A stretch of DNA of 63,636 bases, the filler included, from Cercozoa sp. M6MM (taxonomy: Eukaryota; Protista; Endomyxa: Ascetosporea), in assembly GCA_040357565.1 (NCBI GenBank). It is 11 parts of 11 records of this genome, joined end to end, with 100 filler letters (N's around TTAATTAATTAA, not from the genome) between each part and the next. Parts side by side here need not be neighbours in the genome. Positions count along the whole stretch, not along the records: positions 1 to 7,095 come from JBDODJ010000659.1; positions 7,196 to 10,614 come from JBDODJ010001468.1; positions 10,715 to 14,363 come from JBDODJ010001370.1; 8 more parts are not named here. One strand, given 5' to 3'. Numbering within the stretch: position 1 is the first letter of the stretch; each line of letters begins with the position of its first letter. A model generated the notes under the pieces. That model had not been told where the DNA came from and did no database searches. It saw only the letters and a list, made by a program, of their open reading frames with translations. Of this stretch, positions 1-13,700 are shown in pieces. The position numbers were made by a program, and so were the translations under genes.

Positions 1-28
1 CCCCCCCCCCCGTATACCCCCTCTGCAG

Positions 29-908
29 GTGTTCTGTGGCGAGGCCGGTTCGCGCGATCGCTGCGAATACACGGCAGTCGGTTTCAAGGTATGTGATCAC
101 TGATCGATCATACATGATCACTGATCGATCACTCATGATCACTGATCGATCAAACCGTCCCCTTCTACGTGAGTATGTGAAAGGTGATCATGGCGGCGCG
201 TCTGATGCAGAAGGCGGAACAACTCGGCGGCGGCGTCATTCTCGAGAACGAGGTCAAGGTGCGTTTCTTGTGCGCTGTTTCTTGTGCGTTTCTTGTGCTG
301 TGTCCGCGCGGATGGCACCCCTCTCCTGACCCGCAGAAGAGTACGCGCGGAGATGCGACGATCGACTACCACGCGCTGCCGCCCGTTGCTCTCAAGGGCG
401 TGGCCGAACCCGTGCCGATTTTTCGACCGCTCAAGAAGACGTCCAAAAATGCCAAGTGTGTTTCTTACCTCCCCTTTACCCCCCTGTTTACCCCCCTGTT
501 TACCCCCCTGCTTACCCCATGTATACCCACTGTTCACCCCATGTATACCCACTGTTACCCCCTATTTACCTCGTTACCTACCCCTTTACCCTATGTACCC
601 TCCCTCCCTATTTCCCCCCTGACAGGGCACTCGCTATGATGGGTCTGGCTCCGAGCGATCAGCAGCAGCACCGACTGCAGAAACTGTCCACTGTCACCAT
701 GGACATGGTGGGTTTCCTTTACCCCCCCCCCCGTAACCTTTCCATTCTACCCCCCCCCCTCCTGATGACAGGGTTCGTCGAAGGACTCGGTGGCGTCGAA
801 ACGCGAAGGACTGCTCAAATTCATCAAGGGCGGCATGTTTAAGGTTTTTTTGTTGTTTGTTGTTTGTTTTGTTTGTTTTGTTTGTTGTTTTGTTGTTTTT
901 GTTGTTTT

Positions 909-944
<36 letters not shown>

Positions 945-3900
945 TGTGATTGTTTGTTGTTGTTGTTGTTGTTGTTGTTGTATTGTTGTTGTATTTCTTT
1001 TTGTGGTCAGTTGCGGTCCGTGCGGAAGGAGCGTCGGCCGGGTGGCATGGCGGCGGCGGCGGCGTCGCAACCGGCGTCGTCGCAGTCGCCGGGACATTCG
1101 TCACAGTCGGTATTTTGTTGTTTTTGTTGTTGTTTTTTGATCTTTTGTGTTGTTGTTGTTTTTTGTTGTTGTTGTTATGTGTTGTTGTTGTTGTTTGTTG
1201 TTGTTGTTTGTTGCTTTTGTTGTTTTTAGTTGTATGTTGTTGTCTTTAGTTGTATGTTGTTGTTTTTGTTGTTTTCAATGTTGTTTTTTGTAGACGCCGA
1301 ACAAGGACGGCGGCAAAGCCGAAAATGTCGCCGCATTGCCGCGCCGAATCAACCTCGATGTGCTTGACCCTCCCTCCCTCTGTACCCTCCTTGGTAATCG
1401 CATGTGTTGACAGGAAGAGGACAGCAAGGAAGCAGTCGAAGACGCGATCCGCGCGGACGCAAGCAAGAGCACTTCGGCCAGTGGGACCACGAGCAGCAGC
1501 GTCGGCAGCGGCGGCGGCAGGCGGCGGCGTCGCGGCGCACTGCAGTTGCCACCCGCTTCGCCTGCGCCTGGTAGTTGCTCTACTTTTTTTGAGTTGCTTC
1601 GCTTTGATTTCGAGTTGCTTCGCTGATTTCGAGTTGCTTTTCTTTGATTTCGAGTTGCTTCGCTGATTTCGAGTTGCTTCGCTGATTTCGAGTTGCTTCG
1701 CTTTGATTTCGAGTTGCTTGGCTTTGATTTTAAATGAGTGTTTTGTTTTTTCTTTTAGGCCAAAGTGAAGCAGCCGATAGCGGTGCGTCGATCGGCGGTC
1801 TCACGGGTCGTGCACAAGAGCTGAAGCAGATCACAGAGTACACTTTCACGTTAGCTTTTGGTTGAGCTTTGAGTAGCTGTTTTGAAAACGTCACTTTTGT
1901 CGAAACAGGCGACTGCACGAAGTGATGTCACAGTGCACGCGATCGCTAGAGCTTCGTTCGCGACTGCTTTCGTCCGTAAGTTTTGTGAAAGCAAGCTTTG
2001 TTATGCGAGCAGAGTTTTACTCGGAAATCGCAACAGGCGACGGCGCGTGCGAATGAAGAAGCGGCACGTGCGGCGGCCGCCGAATTCGACACGCCTGCTG
2101 CGGTGATTCTCGTCACTGGCGATGCCGGTATTGGCAAGTCGGCACTCACTTTCGCTTCCATGGCGCGTGCTGGTACTCTCCTTTCGTTTTCTTTTTCGCT
2201 TCGTCGCTTTTCGCTTTTGCTTTAGCTTCGTTGTTTTGCTTTGTTGTTTTGCTTTGTTGTTTTGCGTTTTTCGCAATGGTTTGTTGTCGCGAAACTCAGA
2301 GCAAATCGGCTTCGACGTGTGCTTTGGCACTGGCGTGCCTCTAGGTACTCGCAGTTAAAGTTGAGAGTGACGCACCTCTGATTACTCGCTTGACACAGAG
2401 CGTGGCAATGCGTACTTCCCATGGCGCGCGATTCTGCTCAAAGCGGTATTCAAAGCATAGATTTCAAAGCATAGATTTCGAAGCAAAGCTTCAGGGCAAA
2501 GCTTTTTGCATTTGTTGATTCTGATATGATTGCAGTTGCGACTGACGGAAGAGCGACGTGGCGATGTGCGACGCGCGAAAGTGCTGTCATTGCTCAATCC
2601 GGGTACAATAGCATTCGCGAAATGGCTTTGCTATGTGCTCAAGTCGCGAAATACTGTGCTTGACGGACAGAGCTGCACCCGCTGGCCGAGTTGTTGAACC
2701 CGTTGCTGGACACCCAGTTCCCAGTGACCGAAATGATCGAACGCATGGTCCGGATGGCCGACGACTCTGTACTAAGTCAACTTGGTTTTCGAGTGTGCAA
2801 AGCAAAAGCGTATGTTGTCGTAGGTGGCGCGAAACACGCGAAAGCTCGTAGTGAATCTGTTGGCAAACCTATCGAAACACGAGAACCGCCAGGCGCCGCT
2901 GTGTCTCGTGCTGGAGGATTTGCATTTTTGCGACACAGCGTCGCTGCAGCTGCTGCTGGAAGTGTGCCTTATGATTCCTGGTATCGTTTCTGCTGGAATC
3001 TTAAGATTGCAACTGAAAACTCGGAACTGGACTGGACTGAATTGAAATTGCACAGGCATCCTGGTGCTCGGTAGTTGCCGGCCCGTGCAGAGTGCCTTCC
3101 AGCTGGGCAGCAAGCCGCGCGCGCTGCTGGACCAGCTAGTGTCGCTGCCGTCCGAGCACAAGACCATGCGTCTTGAGCTGCATCCGCTCTCGCAGGTACT
3201 TTTGTCGATCTTCCATCTATACTGTACAGCTTTACTGTGCAACTTTACTGTACAACTCTACTGTCCAACTATATTGTATAAATGTACCTATGGTCGGTGT
3301 ATACTCAGTCGGACGCGCTGGCTCTGGCTCAGCTGCGACTTGGCGTGCGCCAGCTGCCACGTCGTCTGGTCGATGTGCTCAAGGTAAATATACGATGCTG
3401 TAGCGGACCCAGGCGTGTTTGTGCTGTCACATGAGAGGTACTCTTGTGCAGGAGAAGGCGCAGGGTCTCCCGCTGTACGTGGAGGAACTCGTGGCCGCCA
3501 TGGTGGACCAAGGTCTCGTCGTTGTGCAGAACACCGAGTGCTTCCTGCGCGACGGTGTCTCCGACGAAGAGTATGCCAATACCTTTTGTTTTGCTGTATA
3601 TGTCCCGCGCTGTATTAGTCCCACACGTCCGCGCTGAAATGAATTGACTGTAGACTGAGAGGTGCCTTTCCGGACTCGGTGCACGACCTGCTGGTGTCGC
3701 GTATCGATCGACTTCCGCGCGAGATTCAGCTCACGCTCAAAGTCTTCTGTCTCATTGGCATGGACAGGTACCGCAGCACTCAATGTCCGCCCTCTAACAG
3801 GCCTGTTCTGCACGGTTTATCACGGTTAAACACAGGGTGCGACTGCCGCTACTGATCGCTGCGCATCCACAGGTATCAACGATGCATGTTGTATGTGTTT

Positions 3901-5019
3901 TCTCGAGTGTACTTTCTCCTCTTTTTTGACAGGTGCCGAAACCGACGGAACGCGAGTTGTTGGCGCAGCTGGAGGAACTTGAGGCTCAGGGCTTTTTGGG
4001 GCGCGCCTCGAGGGATGACGACGAGACCATGTCGCTGTCCACTGTGGTAGTGCTGACACTGTGGTACTAGTATTGGTGCGAACCTACCTATCACACTCAG
4101 GGCACAACGCACGAGGACGAAAGCACCACACTGGTGTACACGCTGCGACACGATCTGCTGCGCAGTGTGGCATCGTCGCTGCTGACACTGGAGCAGCGAC
4201 AACGCATTCATTTGGCCGTATTTTCCTTTTTCTTTCTTTCGTGCGCTGCGTTCTTTTTTTGTTTCTTTCTTTTTTCTTGCTTTTTCCTTTTCGTGCTTTC
4301 ATCAGTTTTCTGTTTTTATCTTACATCTGGCTGTGTTTCATGCGCTTGTTGTTCTCCAGGTCGCTCAATTCTGGGAGAAGAATTATCCACGGCAGGAGAA
4401 GTATTACGGCTTCTTGGCGCATCACTGGCAAGAGGCCGGCAACAAGCAGCATGCACTCATTTGGGCACAGCTGGCTGGTATACCTTCCGTTGGTTTGCCA
4501 TTTTTGTGGTTTAATTTTGTCTGGTCAGGCGACCGCGCGGTTGCGCAAAATACCAATACCGAGGTAAGATTTTGTTTTACAAATCTGGCATTCTGCGCTT
4601 TTGGTTCATTAAAAGGTTTGAAACCTTGTAGGCTCTCAGTTTCCTCGGCACGGCGCTTCACTTGCTGTTAGAAATCGTTGCCGAACGTAGCGAGGTTTTT
4701 GGGCTTTGCTTCTGCCCCGTTGATTGAATATTATTGAACGGTTACTTTGTTTAGGCGCAACGAGTCACATTCGCTCGTTCCGACCAAGACCAGGTAGTTT
4801 ACACTGAGTGTGCAGTTCATTACATTGCTCTAAATTGGTACTGGAGAGTGCAGGAGAGGAGACTGCGAGTGTCGCTTGGAACAGCCTGCTACGCGCTGGG
4901 TCGGTACCGCGAGGCGATCAGTCATCTCAGACGTGCTTTGCAGCTACTGGGATCGCCAGTTTCGGATTCTGCGAAAAGCAACTGGCGGTACACTTGTCAG
5001 TTCAGGGAAGCTTTCCGGT

Positions 5020-5067
<48 letters not shown>

Positions 5068-5077
5068 NNNNNNNNNN

Positions 5078-5125
<48 letters not shown>

Positions 5126-7036
5126 GGAGTTTGGCTTCTTGTTTGAGCAGTGACATGGCGATGCTGCGACTGCGTGCACGTCGTTCCACGACGGATGCAA
5201 CGGCCGAAGTCGAGTCGGAGGGCAACGGCGACTTGTTATCGCTCACCGTGCGTGTGCAGGAGAGTCTGCTGCTAAGTGCGATTCAAGTTGGTGATCGACG
5301 TCTCGCCGGTGCTGCTGCTTTCGCCATGCTGGACGCGGCCGAACGACTCGGAAGCCTGAGCGCCAAGTCACTCGCCTACGCTCACGGCGCATACGTCTCG
5401 CTCATCCTGCAGCAGGAACGACTGGCGAAAACACTGCGACGGTACCTGTGTTTTCTTCTTGCAAGCTGAGGTCTTGTTACCTTTGAGCAGTTGGACGTTG
5501 GCCACGATCGCTCAACCGGATTTCGAGAAGCTCGATCAACTCGAGAGAGCGCGGAGTATCCACCAAAGCACAATGTCCGCCGGTGCACACGGCGAATGGG
5601 ACGCTTGCATCACTGTAGCCTTGTCTTTTCTTTTGCAGTATGTTGTCCTCAAGGTTTGTCTGTAGGCACTCCAGTTCGCCAAAGAATTGTTTAAAGCTCG
5701 ACAGGAACACAAGGTGCGCTTCTGTTTTTTGCTTTCCCTGCCTTGCGGAGTGAAGCAACTTGTCTTTGCAGAAGTGGAGAGAGTGCACCTTCCTGTTGGG
5801 CGTATCGTTTCACATGGCCTGCCGCTGGCAACAAGCCGTGAAGTACCTCGGTGCGTCAGCAAACTTTGAGTTTTTTGTTGCTTTGCTCTTGTCTGACTTA
5901 CAGTCCACAAACTGTAGCCAAACTAGCGAAAGCTGCTAGAGAGGACGGCGATTTGTTTATCGAAGTGCAAGCGCTGCTGTGGCTCGGCTACACTCGCTTC
6001 ATTCTGGAGGGTAGCTTTTTTCGTTTTCTTTAAAATCAACTCAATTAAAATCTGTGCAGGTCCCTCGCAAGCTATTGCTGACTATGTGACTCAAGCAAAG
6101 AGCGCTCTCGGCATGGCTTTCGTGGGCGATCACGAAGAGGTGCAATTATTCAGTCGATTCGATTTTGCCCAACAGACTTGTTCGAACAAGGTTGTTTGCA
6201 ACAAAATTTTTGGGCGTTTTAATTATAGAACGACGAAAAGGGGTCTTCGACGGTTGCGATTGTCACGTTGGCTCTTCGAGTGCTTAGGTAGCTCTTTTCT
6301 TTTTGTGAACTGATCATTTAACTGATTATAATGTGAACTGATCATTTAACTGATTATTTTGTGAACTGATCATTTTGTTCGCTCAGTGCGTACAACGCGT
6401 GGCTCCTGCTGCCAAGTGATCCCTCATCTGAGGTTGTGGTACTGTATTTATTGTCTCAATGAACAAACGCGCTTGTCTTGAGTTGAGTTGTGTCGATTTT
6501 CGTCCGTTTGCAGTTGGCGCTGATCGAAGAAGTAACGGCTCTGGCGCAGCGACTGGCACCAGATGCCGTCGGAGCATCGTTGCTGTGGTACGACATGTAC
6601 CCGTACCTGTGGACGGGCGAAATGCTGCTGGTACGCTCTGTTAAAGTCTGTTAGATCTGTTCCATGTGACCTGGCCCATTTGTACCGAACCGATACATTG
6701 TGTCCAGGACATGAACGTGTCAACACGCGTGTGCAAAATCTACGGGGGCAAGAAGAGCGTCAAGCAGCTCAAATTGGTCGAAAAGTATCGCTGTTTTCCT
6801 TGACTTTGGTCCAACTGGACACCAGGGATTGTACACGAGGGTTGTACATGAAGGTGGGTTGTACATATCCGAGTGGGTTGTAGGTGCGACCATTTGTACA
6901 AGTCGGTGAAGAAGATGTCGACGTGCTTTCCGTGCTTCCGTGCCATGTCGCACACTCTGCGTGGCCGCTACTACGCCGTCAAGGAGAATCATCGCAGTGC
7001 GCGGCGGCACATCGACCAGTCGCTCACACATGCGAG
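29..7036 (+). CDS. Soluble adenylyl cyclase (ADCY10/sAC)-like protein: class III cyclase C2 end, STAND P-loop ATPase, helical/TPR-like tail; partial, multi-exon
   Basis: Spliced exons read VFCGEAGSRDRCEYTAVGFK|VIMAARLM...LKGVAEPVPIF (cyclase C2). Walker A VILVTGDAGIGKS (~2105-2145), Walker B LVLEDLHFCD (~2900), KAQGLPLYVEEL and DLLVSRIDRL match the sAC/STAND architecture. Introns are GT-AG. Confidence 0.8.
845..1293 (+). repeat. (GTT)n/(GTTTT)n microsatellites filling two introns
   Basis: Runs at ~845-1005 and ~1112-1290 lie between GT and AG splice sites. They generate spurious poly-C/V/L ORFs. Confidence 0.9.
1590..1730 (+). repeat. Intronic minisatellite (GAGTTGCTTCGCT(TT)GATTTC)n
   Basis: About 7 tandem units of 19-21 nt are visible. 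Confidence 0.9.
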
Positions 7037-7054
7037 GTAGTGCTGTGTCCTCTC

Positions 7055-7095
<41 letters not shown>

Positions 7096-7139
7096 NNNNN
7101 NNNNNNNNNNNNNNNNNNNNNNNNNNNNNNNNNNNNNNN

Positions 7140-7151
7140 TTAATTAATTAA
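7140..7151. other. Artificial contig-join spacer TTAATTAATTAA inside N runs; also at 10659, 14408, 16711, 35573, 42020, 43123, 48052, 54068, 62481
   Basis: An identical 12-mer with stop codons in all frames, flanked by equal-length N runs, occurs 10 times. Confidence 0.97.
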
Positions 7152-7195
7152 NNNNNNNNNNNNNNNNNNNNNNNNNNNNNNNNNNNNNNNNNNNN

Positions 7196-7289
<94 letters not shown>

Positions 7290-7407
7290 CTCAAATACTG
7301 ATGCCGGTGTATCTGAACGAGTAGTTGGATACGTCGTTCCTCACCGTAATCTCTGATCCCAGTGGTGAGACGGTGCTGACTGATGCCGATTGGCACACAC
7401 GCTTCCG

Positions 7408-7815
7408 ATGGCGTCGCGACAGTGGTACTCTCGCAGTCTCGCCGCATTGGTCTGTTCGAGGGACCTACTTGCACAAGTAGAGGAAGCAACGGCGTCGATT
7501 GTGACACTCGAGTGGACACTGCCGACACTGCAGGAACGTGGGTTCTACGATAAGTACGGCACGCGTTTCTTTTTGCTGTACAGTGCCAATCGCCGCGTTC
7601 TTTCGCTGACCGATATCGTTGCTGCCGATGCCGATGTGCATCTCGTCGCTCCTGCCACAGTGGACAGTCAGAACGACATGTACACTACAATTGTCACCGG
7701 CGCACAGTACACACTGCGACACGATGAACCTGACAGCTACGAGGGTACGCGATACCTGATCTTTAAAACTATACCAGTGTTATGTTGTGTTGATTATATT
7801 TACCGATCGATGTGA
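7408..7815 (+). CDS. Hypothetical protein fragment
   Basis: Non-repetitive ORF of ~140 aa with no recognisable motif. Confidence 0.3.
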   Translation: MASRQWYSRSLAALVCSRDLLAQVEEATASIVTLEWTLPTLQERGFYDKYGTRFFLLYSANRRVLSLTDIVAADADVHLVAPATVDSQNDMYTTIVTGAQYTLRHDEPDSYEGTRYLIFKTIPVLCCVDYIYRSM

Positions 7816-7964
7816 GGAACGCAGTTGTGTCGTTCGAGGGACGTAGCTTAGTGTTTGACGTTCAAATTGATTGACCAAGGTCTTCATTCTACTCAACACG
7901 ACGAATCTCAAATGACACTGTTGGTTTCTGAGCACGGTAGACAGAACTACTACCAGTGTAGTAC

Positions 7965-8280
7965 CCGGCAATTTGCAAGCTGAGTGCGTGAGCGAACCCC
8001 GAGAACCCAGTGCCGGTAATTTCCCGGAAATTACCGGTTAATTTCGGTGAACAGAATTTACCAAGAAATTTCCCGGTAATTAATTCAATTTTTTATCACA
8101 GGCACGTGCCGATACACCGGTAAATACCGGGTAAATACTCGGAAGTTTCAAGCTAATTCCTGGGTTATTTCCACCCAATTACTGAATTATTTCCAATTAA
8201 TTACCGAGTTATTTCCAATTAATTACCGGGTTATTTCCAGTTAGTTACCAAAAAATTACCGACAAATCGAATTGCCGAAT
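7965..8280. repeat. AT-rich element of inverted/direct AATTACCGG-like motifs (possible MITE or transposon end)
   Basis: Hairpin ccggtaatttcc-c-ggaaattaccgg at ~8013-8037, many taattaccg/cggtaat copies, and outer cggcaatt...aattgccg inverted ends. Confidence 0.5.
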
Positions 8281-8715
8281 TACATTCGGCCGCGTCCGTA
8301 GCTCGCTCGCCAACAGGAACGTCGGCAACTTGCGTCAATTCTTGGCACGACTGCGTCCACGAACACCGCTACGCGCCGAGCTACGACGAACCAAACGCTG
8401 CCGCTTGGCCAATGGGTCTTGTCGTTCAGCTGGCACAGCTGCTCTCTTGTGGCACTTGGTCGTGAGAACACGATGCAGCACCTGCACAGTGCTACAAAAA
8501 CTCCATTGGTCTCAAAAAACAGCAACAGGAGGCGTACCTCTCGCGCGCGAACGCCATCCCGACATCACACTGCGCATGCCACCATGTAAACACCAGGAGA
8601 GACACCGGGGGGGGGNNNNNNNNNNNNNNNNNNNNNNNNNNNNNNNNNNNNNNNNNNNNNNNNNNNNNNNNNNNNNNNNNNNNNNNNNNNNNNNNNNNNN
8701 NNNNNNNNNNNNNNN

Positions 8716-8749
<34 letters not shown>

Positions 8750-9790
8750 GGGGGGGGGGGCTGCCTCGTAACTGACCTTGTCGATTCCTGGAATTACGTC
8801 GAGGCCATCTGTGTTGACTTCGGAGGGTAGCCGGGCACCGCCGCGCAGCTTCCGCATCAGCACCAGAAGACATGGCATCATGGGGGCAAGCATCTTGCCT
8901 GCGCAAACAAGAGAGGACAGTAAACATCGCGAAAGTACAACAGACCAAGACGCCGGTACCCGACACAGTGTCACTCGTCTTAAACAGCACCGTGGTCAGC
9001 GGCTTCAGAATGTTGGCGTCGGAGTCATTGTGCTGCGTGACCTGAGAGCTGGTCGGTCCCATCTGCGTCTGCCACACATAGTAACGAAAGGGTTAGTGAT
9101 ACCGACAGTGGAAGCACCAAAATACTTCAAACGTTCGAGGGAGCGCTCTCGCCCGCGCTGGCCTGGACGAATGTGCTGGCCGACCACCACTCGGGCCACC
9201 ATCGATTCGGAGATGACGAATGAGTCTGCATACCTTTCGTACAACACATACACACAATTGCGTTCGGTACCGTGCCAAGCGAACAAACCTCGCTGTCACC
9301 AAACTCGGCGTCTCACACAAGAAAAACGTTTCGCTTGGGTGTCAGCGAACTTGTTCTGCTTCAGTGCACTGTTGAGCAGAACAGCAATCACTCCCCGTAC
9401 ACAGCTTGCGGCGCTCGTGGGGAGTCTTGCAGGGCGATAAGCCAGACTCCCGCAAACTCGCAAAACATTCCGCAACGTCAGCAAGCTCGCGCTTGAACAG
9501 CACCACACCACTACTCGGTCCGATGCTCGTTGACTCGTCTAACATGCGCCACTGGAGCGCTGGTGCGATCGTCAAATGGCGATCATGGTGACATGTGTTG
9601 CTGCACGCGCAGATGATAGAGTGTTTGGCCACAAAATTAGCATACTAATCCGATTACAGCTGTGCTGACCTAGTGCAACTGTCCTACCGATGCCCACGCG
9701 GAACCGCCAAATTTTGCCACCCAGCATCAACGATCCAAAGTGAGCTTGTAATGGATCTACTTACCTCATACGATATCCGTCTGTAGCAAT
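8280..9790 (-). CDS. Probable multi-exon hypothetical gene
   Basis: Minus-strand splice signals (e.g. AG|GTAAGT near 9763) alternate with open coding-like blocks. No family recognised. Confidence 0.3.
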
Positions 9791-9829
9791 GATCTTATGC
9801 AATCTTACTCATATGTATATATATCGTAC

Positions 9830-10296
9830 AAATACATAAATTTACAGTATTTACCCGCTTGGGGACGCATGCATGCATACACATACATTCATACGCATAC
9901 ATACATACATACGTACATAAACTTACATACATACATACATACATAAATTTACATACGTACATACATAAATTTCCATACATACATACATAAATTTACATAC
10001 ATACATACATATATACACTTCCATACACATACATACATAAATTTACATACATACATACATATATACACTTACATACACATACATACATATATACACTTAC
10101 ATACACATACATACATACATAAATTTACATACGTACATACATAAATTTACATACATACATACATAAATTTACATACATACATACATATATACACTTACAT
10201 ACACATACATACATAAATTTACATATATACATACATATATACACTTACATACACATACATACATATATACACTTACATACACATACATACATACAT
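9830..10296. repeat. (TACA)n satellite with interspersed TAAATTTA and TATACACT units
   Basis: Directly visible tandem array. Confidence 0.95.
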
Positions 10297-10714
10297 GAAT
10301 ACAGACGAAGCATACTACCTATGCCAAATATGCAGCGCAGATACGATAAATTTAAATACACATCTTACACACCATCAAATCTCTCATTCTGTGTACCTGC
10401 ATATAAACATTATTGTAAGTACGGCAACCGTGAAATGCTGTCACCGCTGCGCCCCATGCTGTACTGTATCTACGCCCTGCTGTCCTAGATCTCCTGTCGC
10501 TCCTCAATGCGATGCACCACGAAGAACTAAGGGAAACGGAAAAGAACATGGGTAGCTCATGGACGATTATCTTTTAGCAGGATGGCGTTGAACATGCTGT
10601 TTTGGTGCTGCCCGNNNNNNNNNNNNNNNNNNNNNNNNNNNNNNNNNNNNNNNNNNNNTTAATTAATTAANNNNNNNNNNNNNNNNNNNNNNNNNNNNNN
10701 NNNNNNNNNNNNNN

Positions 10715-13700
10715 AAAACCGTGGAAGGGCAGCGACACGCCGTGACACAAGAGTTCGTCGACGAGCGCGAGTCGCTGCGTGCCGAGTTCCTGCGCCATGC
10801 GCTCGCGCACCGAGAGCGAGTCACGTGTTTCACCGTCGCTGTCGCTGCGATCGCCCGAGTGACCACCCGAGTGACCATCACCGTCGCTGCCGAACTGCGC
10901 ACGGCCGGCGCGACGTCTGCCGGGCGACACGATGAGTTTGTTGCGCTTGCGCTCGTCGGCCAGGTGGCGGCCCAAGCCGAATTGGTTCCACGCCGAGTCG
11001 CTGCCGCCCTGGCCCATCAGTTCCTATCGCGGGGAGGGGGTAGGGGTAAAGGAGGAGGGGGCAGGGGTATCAGTACCTGCAGGTCGGGATCGTCAAAGAG
11101 CGAGACAGAGGCGGCCTTGGCCTTGGGTCGGTTGGCCGTGTCGGTGACATCGTCGTCCACGCGGAAGGTGGCACGCGAGAAGACGGCGTTCTCGCCGGCC
11201 ATCTCGTGTTTGATGACGGTACTGTTGCGCTGCAGGATGTCGTCAATGTCGCTGGCCTCAAAGGCCGCCGCTGCCTCGGCCTGCGCCGCCGCTGCCTCGT
11301 CGTTGAAGGCGTAGTACGCGCCGTACTTCAGCATGCGCTCCATCTGGGGGGGGGGGGTACACGGGGATAAGAGGGATACAGGGGGGCAAATTGTAAGATG
11401 GGTGGGGGCACCATGGCCACAGTCTCGCGAGACTGCTTCTTCTTGGTGCCGGAGCGTGCCTGCGCCAGCACGTCGGCGTCGGCGCCCATCGTCAGCGGGT
11501 TCAGCAGCGCCTTGTCCAAACCGAGTTTCTGCGACGCACGCCGGAACTGCTCGCTCTCGTAGGTGCGCCTATCTCGCCGCAGGGTGAGGTAAAGGGGTGG
11601 CAGGGAAGTTCGGAGGGAGAAGCTACCGCGTGATGAGTCGGTAAACTTTGACGTCCTTCTTCTGACCGATACGGTGACACCGTGCCATGGCTGCTCGGGG
11701 GGGGGGGGTAATGGGATAGGTGGGCTAAGGGGTAGGTAAAACCCTGCAAGTCGTTCTGCGGGTTCCAGTCCGAGTCGAAGATAACGACGGTGTCAGCGGC
11801 AGTGAGATTGATGCCGACGCCACCGGCACGTGTCATCAGCAGGAAGGCAAACGCGTCCGAGTCCGGCGCACTGTAGCGATCAATGGCGCGCTGCCGCTCG
11901 AGGCCGCGCACGCTGCCGTCAATACGTTCAAACGGCATGCGCCGCAGTCGTAGCACCTGCTCCAGCATGTTCAGCACCGTCAGGAACTGCGAGAAGATCA
12001 GCACGCGGCGACCCTCGGCGCGCAGCTTCGGCAGCAGCTTGTCCAGCAGCACGAACTTGCCTGGAACGGGGGTAGGGGGGGGGGTAAGGAGTGGGGCGTG
12101 AAATTACCAGAGGCACGGATCATGAGCTCGACGTGCCGCGTGCCGTCGGGATCGTCCGACAGAGAGGCCTTGTGCTCCTCCTCGAAACGCTCGCGCACGC
12201 CGTTCATCAAAAACGGGTGGTTGCAGCACTTGCGCAGCTCCATCGCCACCTGCTCAGCTCAAAGCAACTCCACTCAACTCGACTCGACGAAAGCACAACT
12301 CCACTCATCTCAACTTCAAGCAAAGCAAAATCCAGCTCGTTTCAACTCAACTCGACTCAGTACAACTCGACTCAGTACAACTCAACTCAAGCAACTCAAC
12401 TCAACTCAAAGCACAACAAAGAAACGCACATTGCGCAGCGACGGCACGCGGAATTTGCCCTTGTCGTGCAGCAACTCGACCTTACGCTCATAGACGCGCT
12501 TGTACCAGCGCTGCACACACGCCAAACAGGTCCATTCTCACAAATCACCTCTATTGAAGAAACGCCTGGTTCGTTTCTCTTACGCAAAATAAATAAATCG
12601 CTGTACCTTCTGAAGGGCAGTGAGTTCCACTTCAATCACAGTTTCTTCCTGCGTGGAGACAGGACACACCACAAGGATACAAACTGACATAAAAGAAGCA
12701 AAGAGAGATCACTTTGGCACTCAGGGTTTTCTCGACGTCTTTCTTGACACGACGCAGCATGTACGGACGCAGGTCATTCTGCAGCGCCTGAATGTTGGCC
12801 ACCTGCTCGGCAAACACAAGAGACATTATTTAATCTCATTAAAAAAAACTGTCATCCGCGCGGACGTGGATGAAACAGGTTCCGCGCGGAAGACAGAAAA
12901 ACCAAAAAACGAAAGGAAAAATAGACCGTATCGGTGGAGTAGCGCCGCAGAAATTCCTCCTTTTCGCCAAAGAACTGTCGCCGATTGCGCAGCTCAAGAA
13001 AGTGCAGGATGGCCCACAACTCGCCGAGATTGTTCCTGCACGTGGGACAGACAGAAGGAGGATCATCGGACTGAACCGGAGCACAGAGTGACGGTGAGTG
13101 AGTGACTGGTCAGAGAGTGAGTGACTGGTCAGAGAGTGAGTGTACTGCAGTGGCGTGCCCGTCAGTAGCACGTGGTGATCGCACTGCATGTCGGCCAAGG
13201 TGCGGTACACGGCCGACTTTTCGTTCTTGAGTCCGGCGTGCGCTTCGTCCTGGTGTACGGGGTACAGGGCACATGGGGGGGGGGGGTAAAAGGGTAAAGA
13301 GGAGGGAGGCAAGACTACCACAATCATGGCACGGAAGCCCTCGGGCGCCACAGTGTCTTTGAGTGCCTTGGCCTCCTTGAGGACGATCTGCGGCGTCGTG
13401 ATCACCACGTTGGCACGACACGCGTGGAAGCGCCGGCCACGACCGCGCGCGCGGAAGGTGCCCGGCGCGCGACTCAGCTGCAGCATCCTGTCCACGTCTG
13501 CCCGCGGGGGGAGGAGGGGTAAGGAAGGTCATGAATGGGAGGCAGGCGTACCCTCGGTGTCTTCAAAATCAAACTCGCGTCGCATGATCACGTCGCGATC
13601 CGCCGCTGCACCTGCAGGGGGGGGGGTAAAAGGGGTTGGGGGTCGGGGGGGGGGGGGGCGTAAACTACCCTGGTACACGACGACATTGATGTCAGTCCAC

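Noticed and set aside
694-1249. Poly-Cys/Val/Leu/Gln/Thr and (CV)n/(HT)n ORFs
   Set aside because: These are translations of intronic microsatellites.
1590-1730. CRISPR-like array
   Set aside because: Tandem units lack unique spacers, lie in a spliceosomal intron, and no cas genes are present.
7096-7195. Repeated TTAATTAATTAA as a biological motif, and gene neighbourhoods across it
   Set aside because: It is an artificial concatenation spacer inside N runs, so adjacency across spacers is meaningless.
9758-9766. TACTTACCT resembling the U1 snRNA 5' end
   Set aside because: No U1 stem-loops or Sm site follow. It is better explained as a minus-strand AG|GTAAGTA donor.
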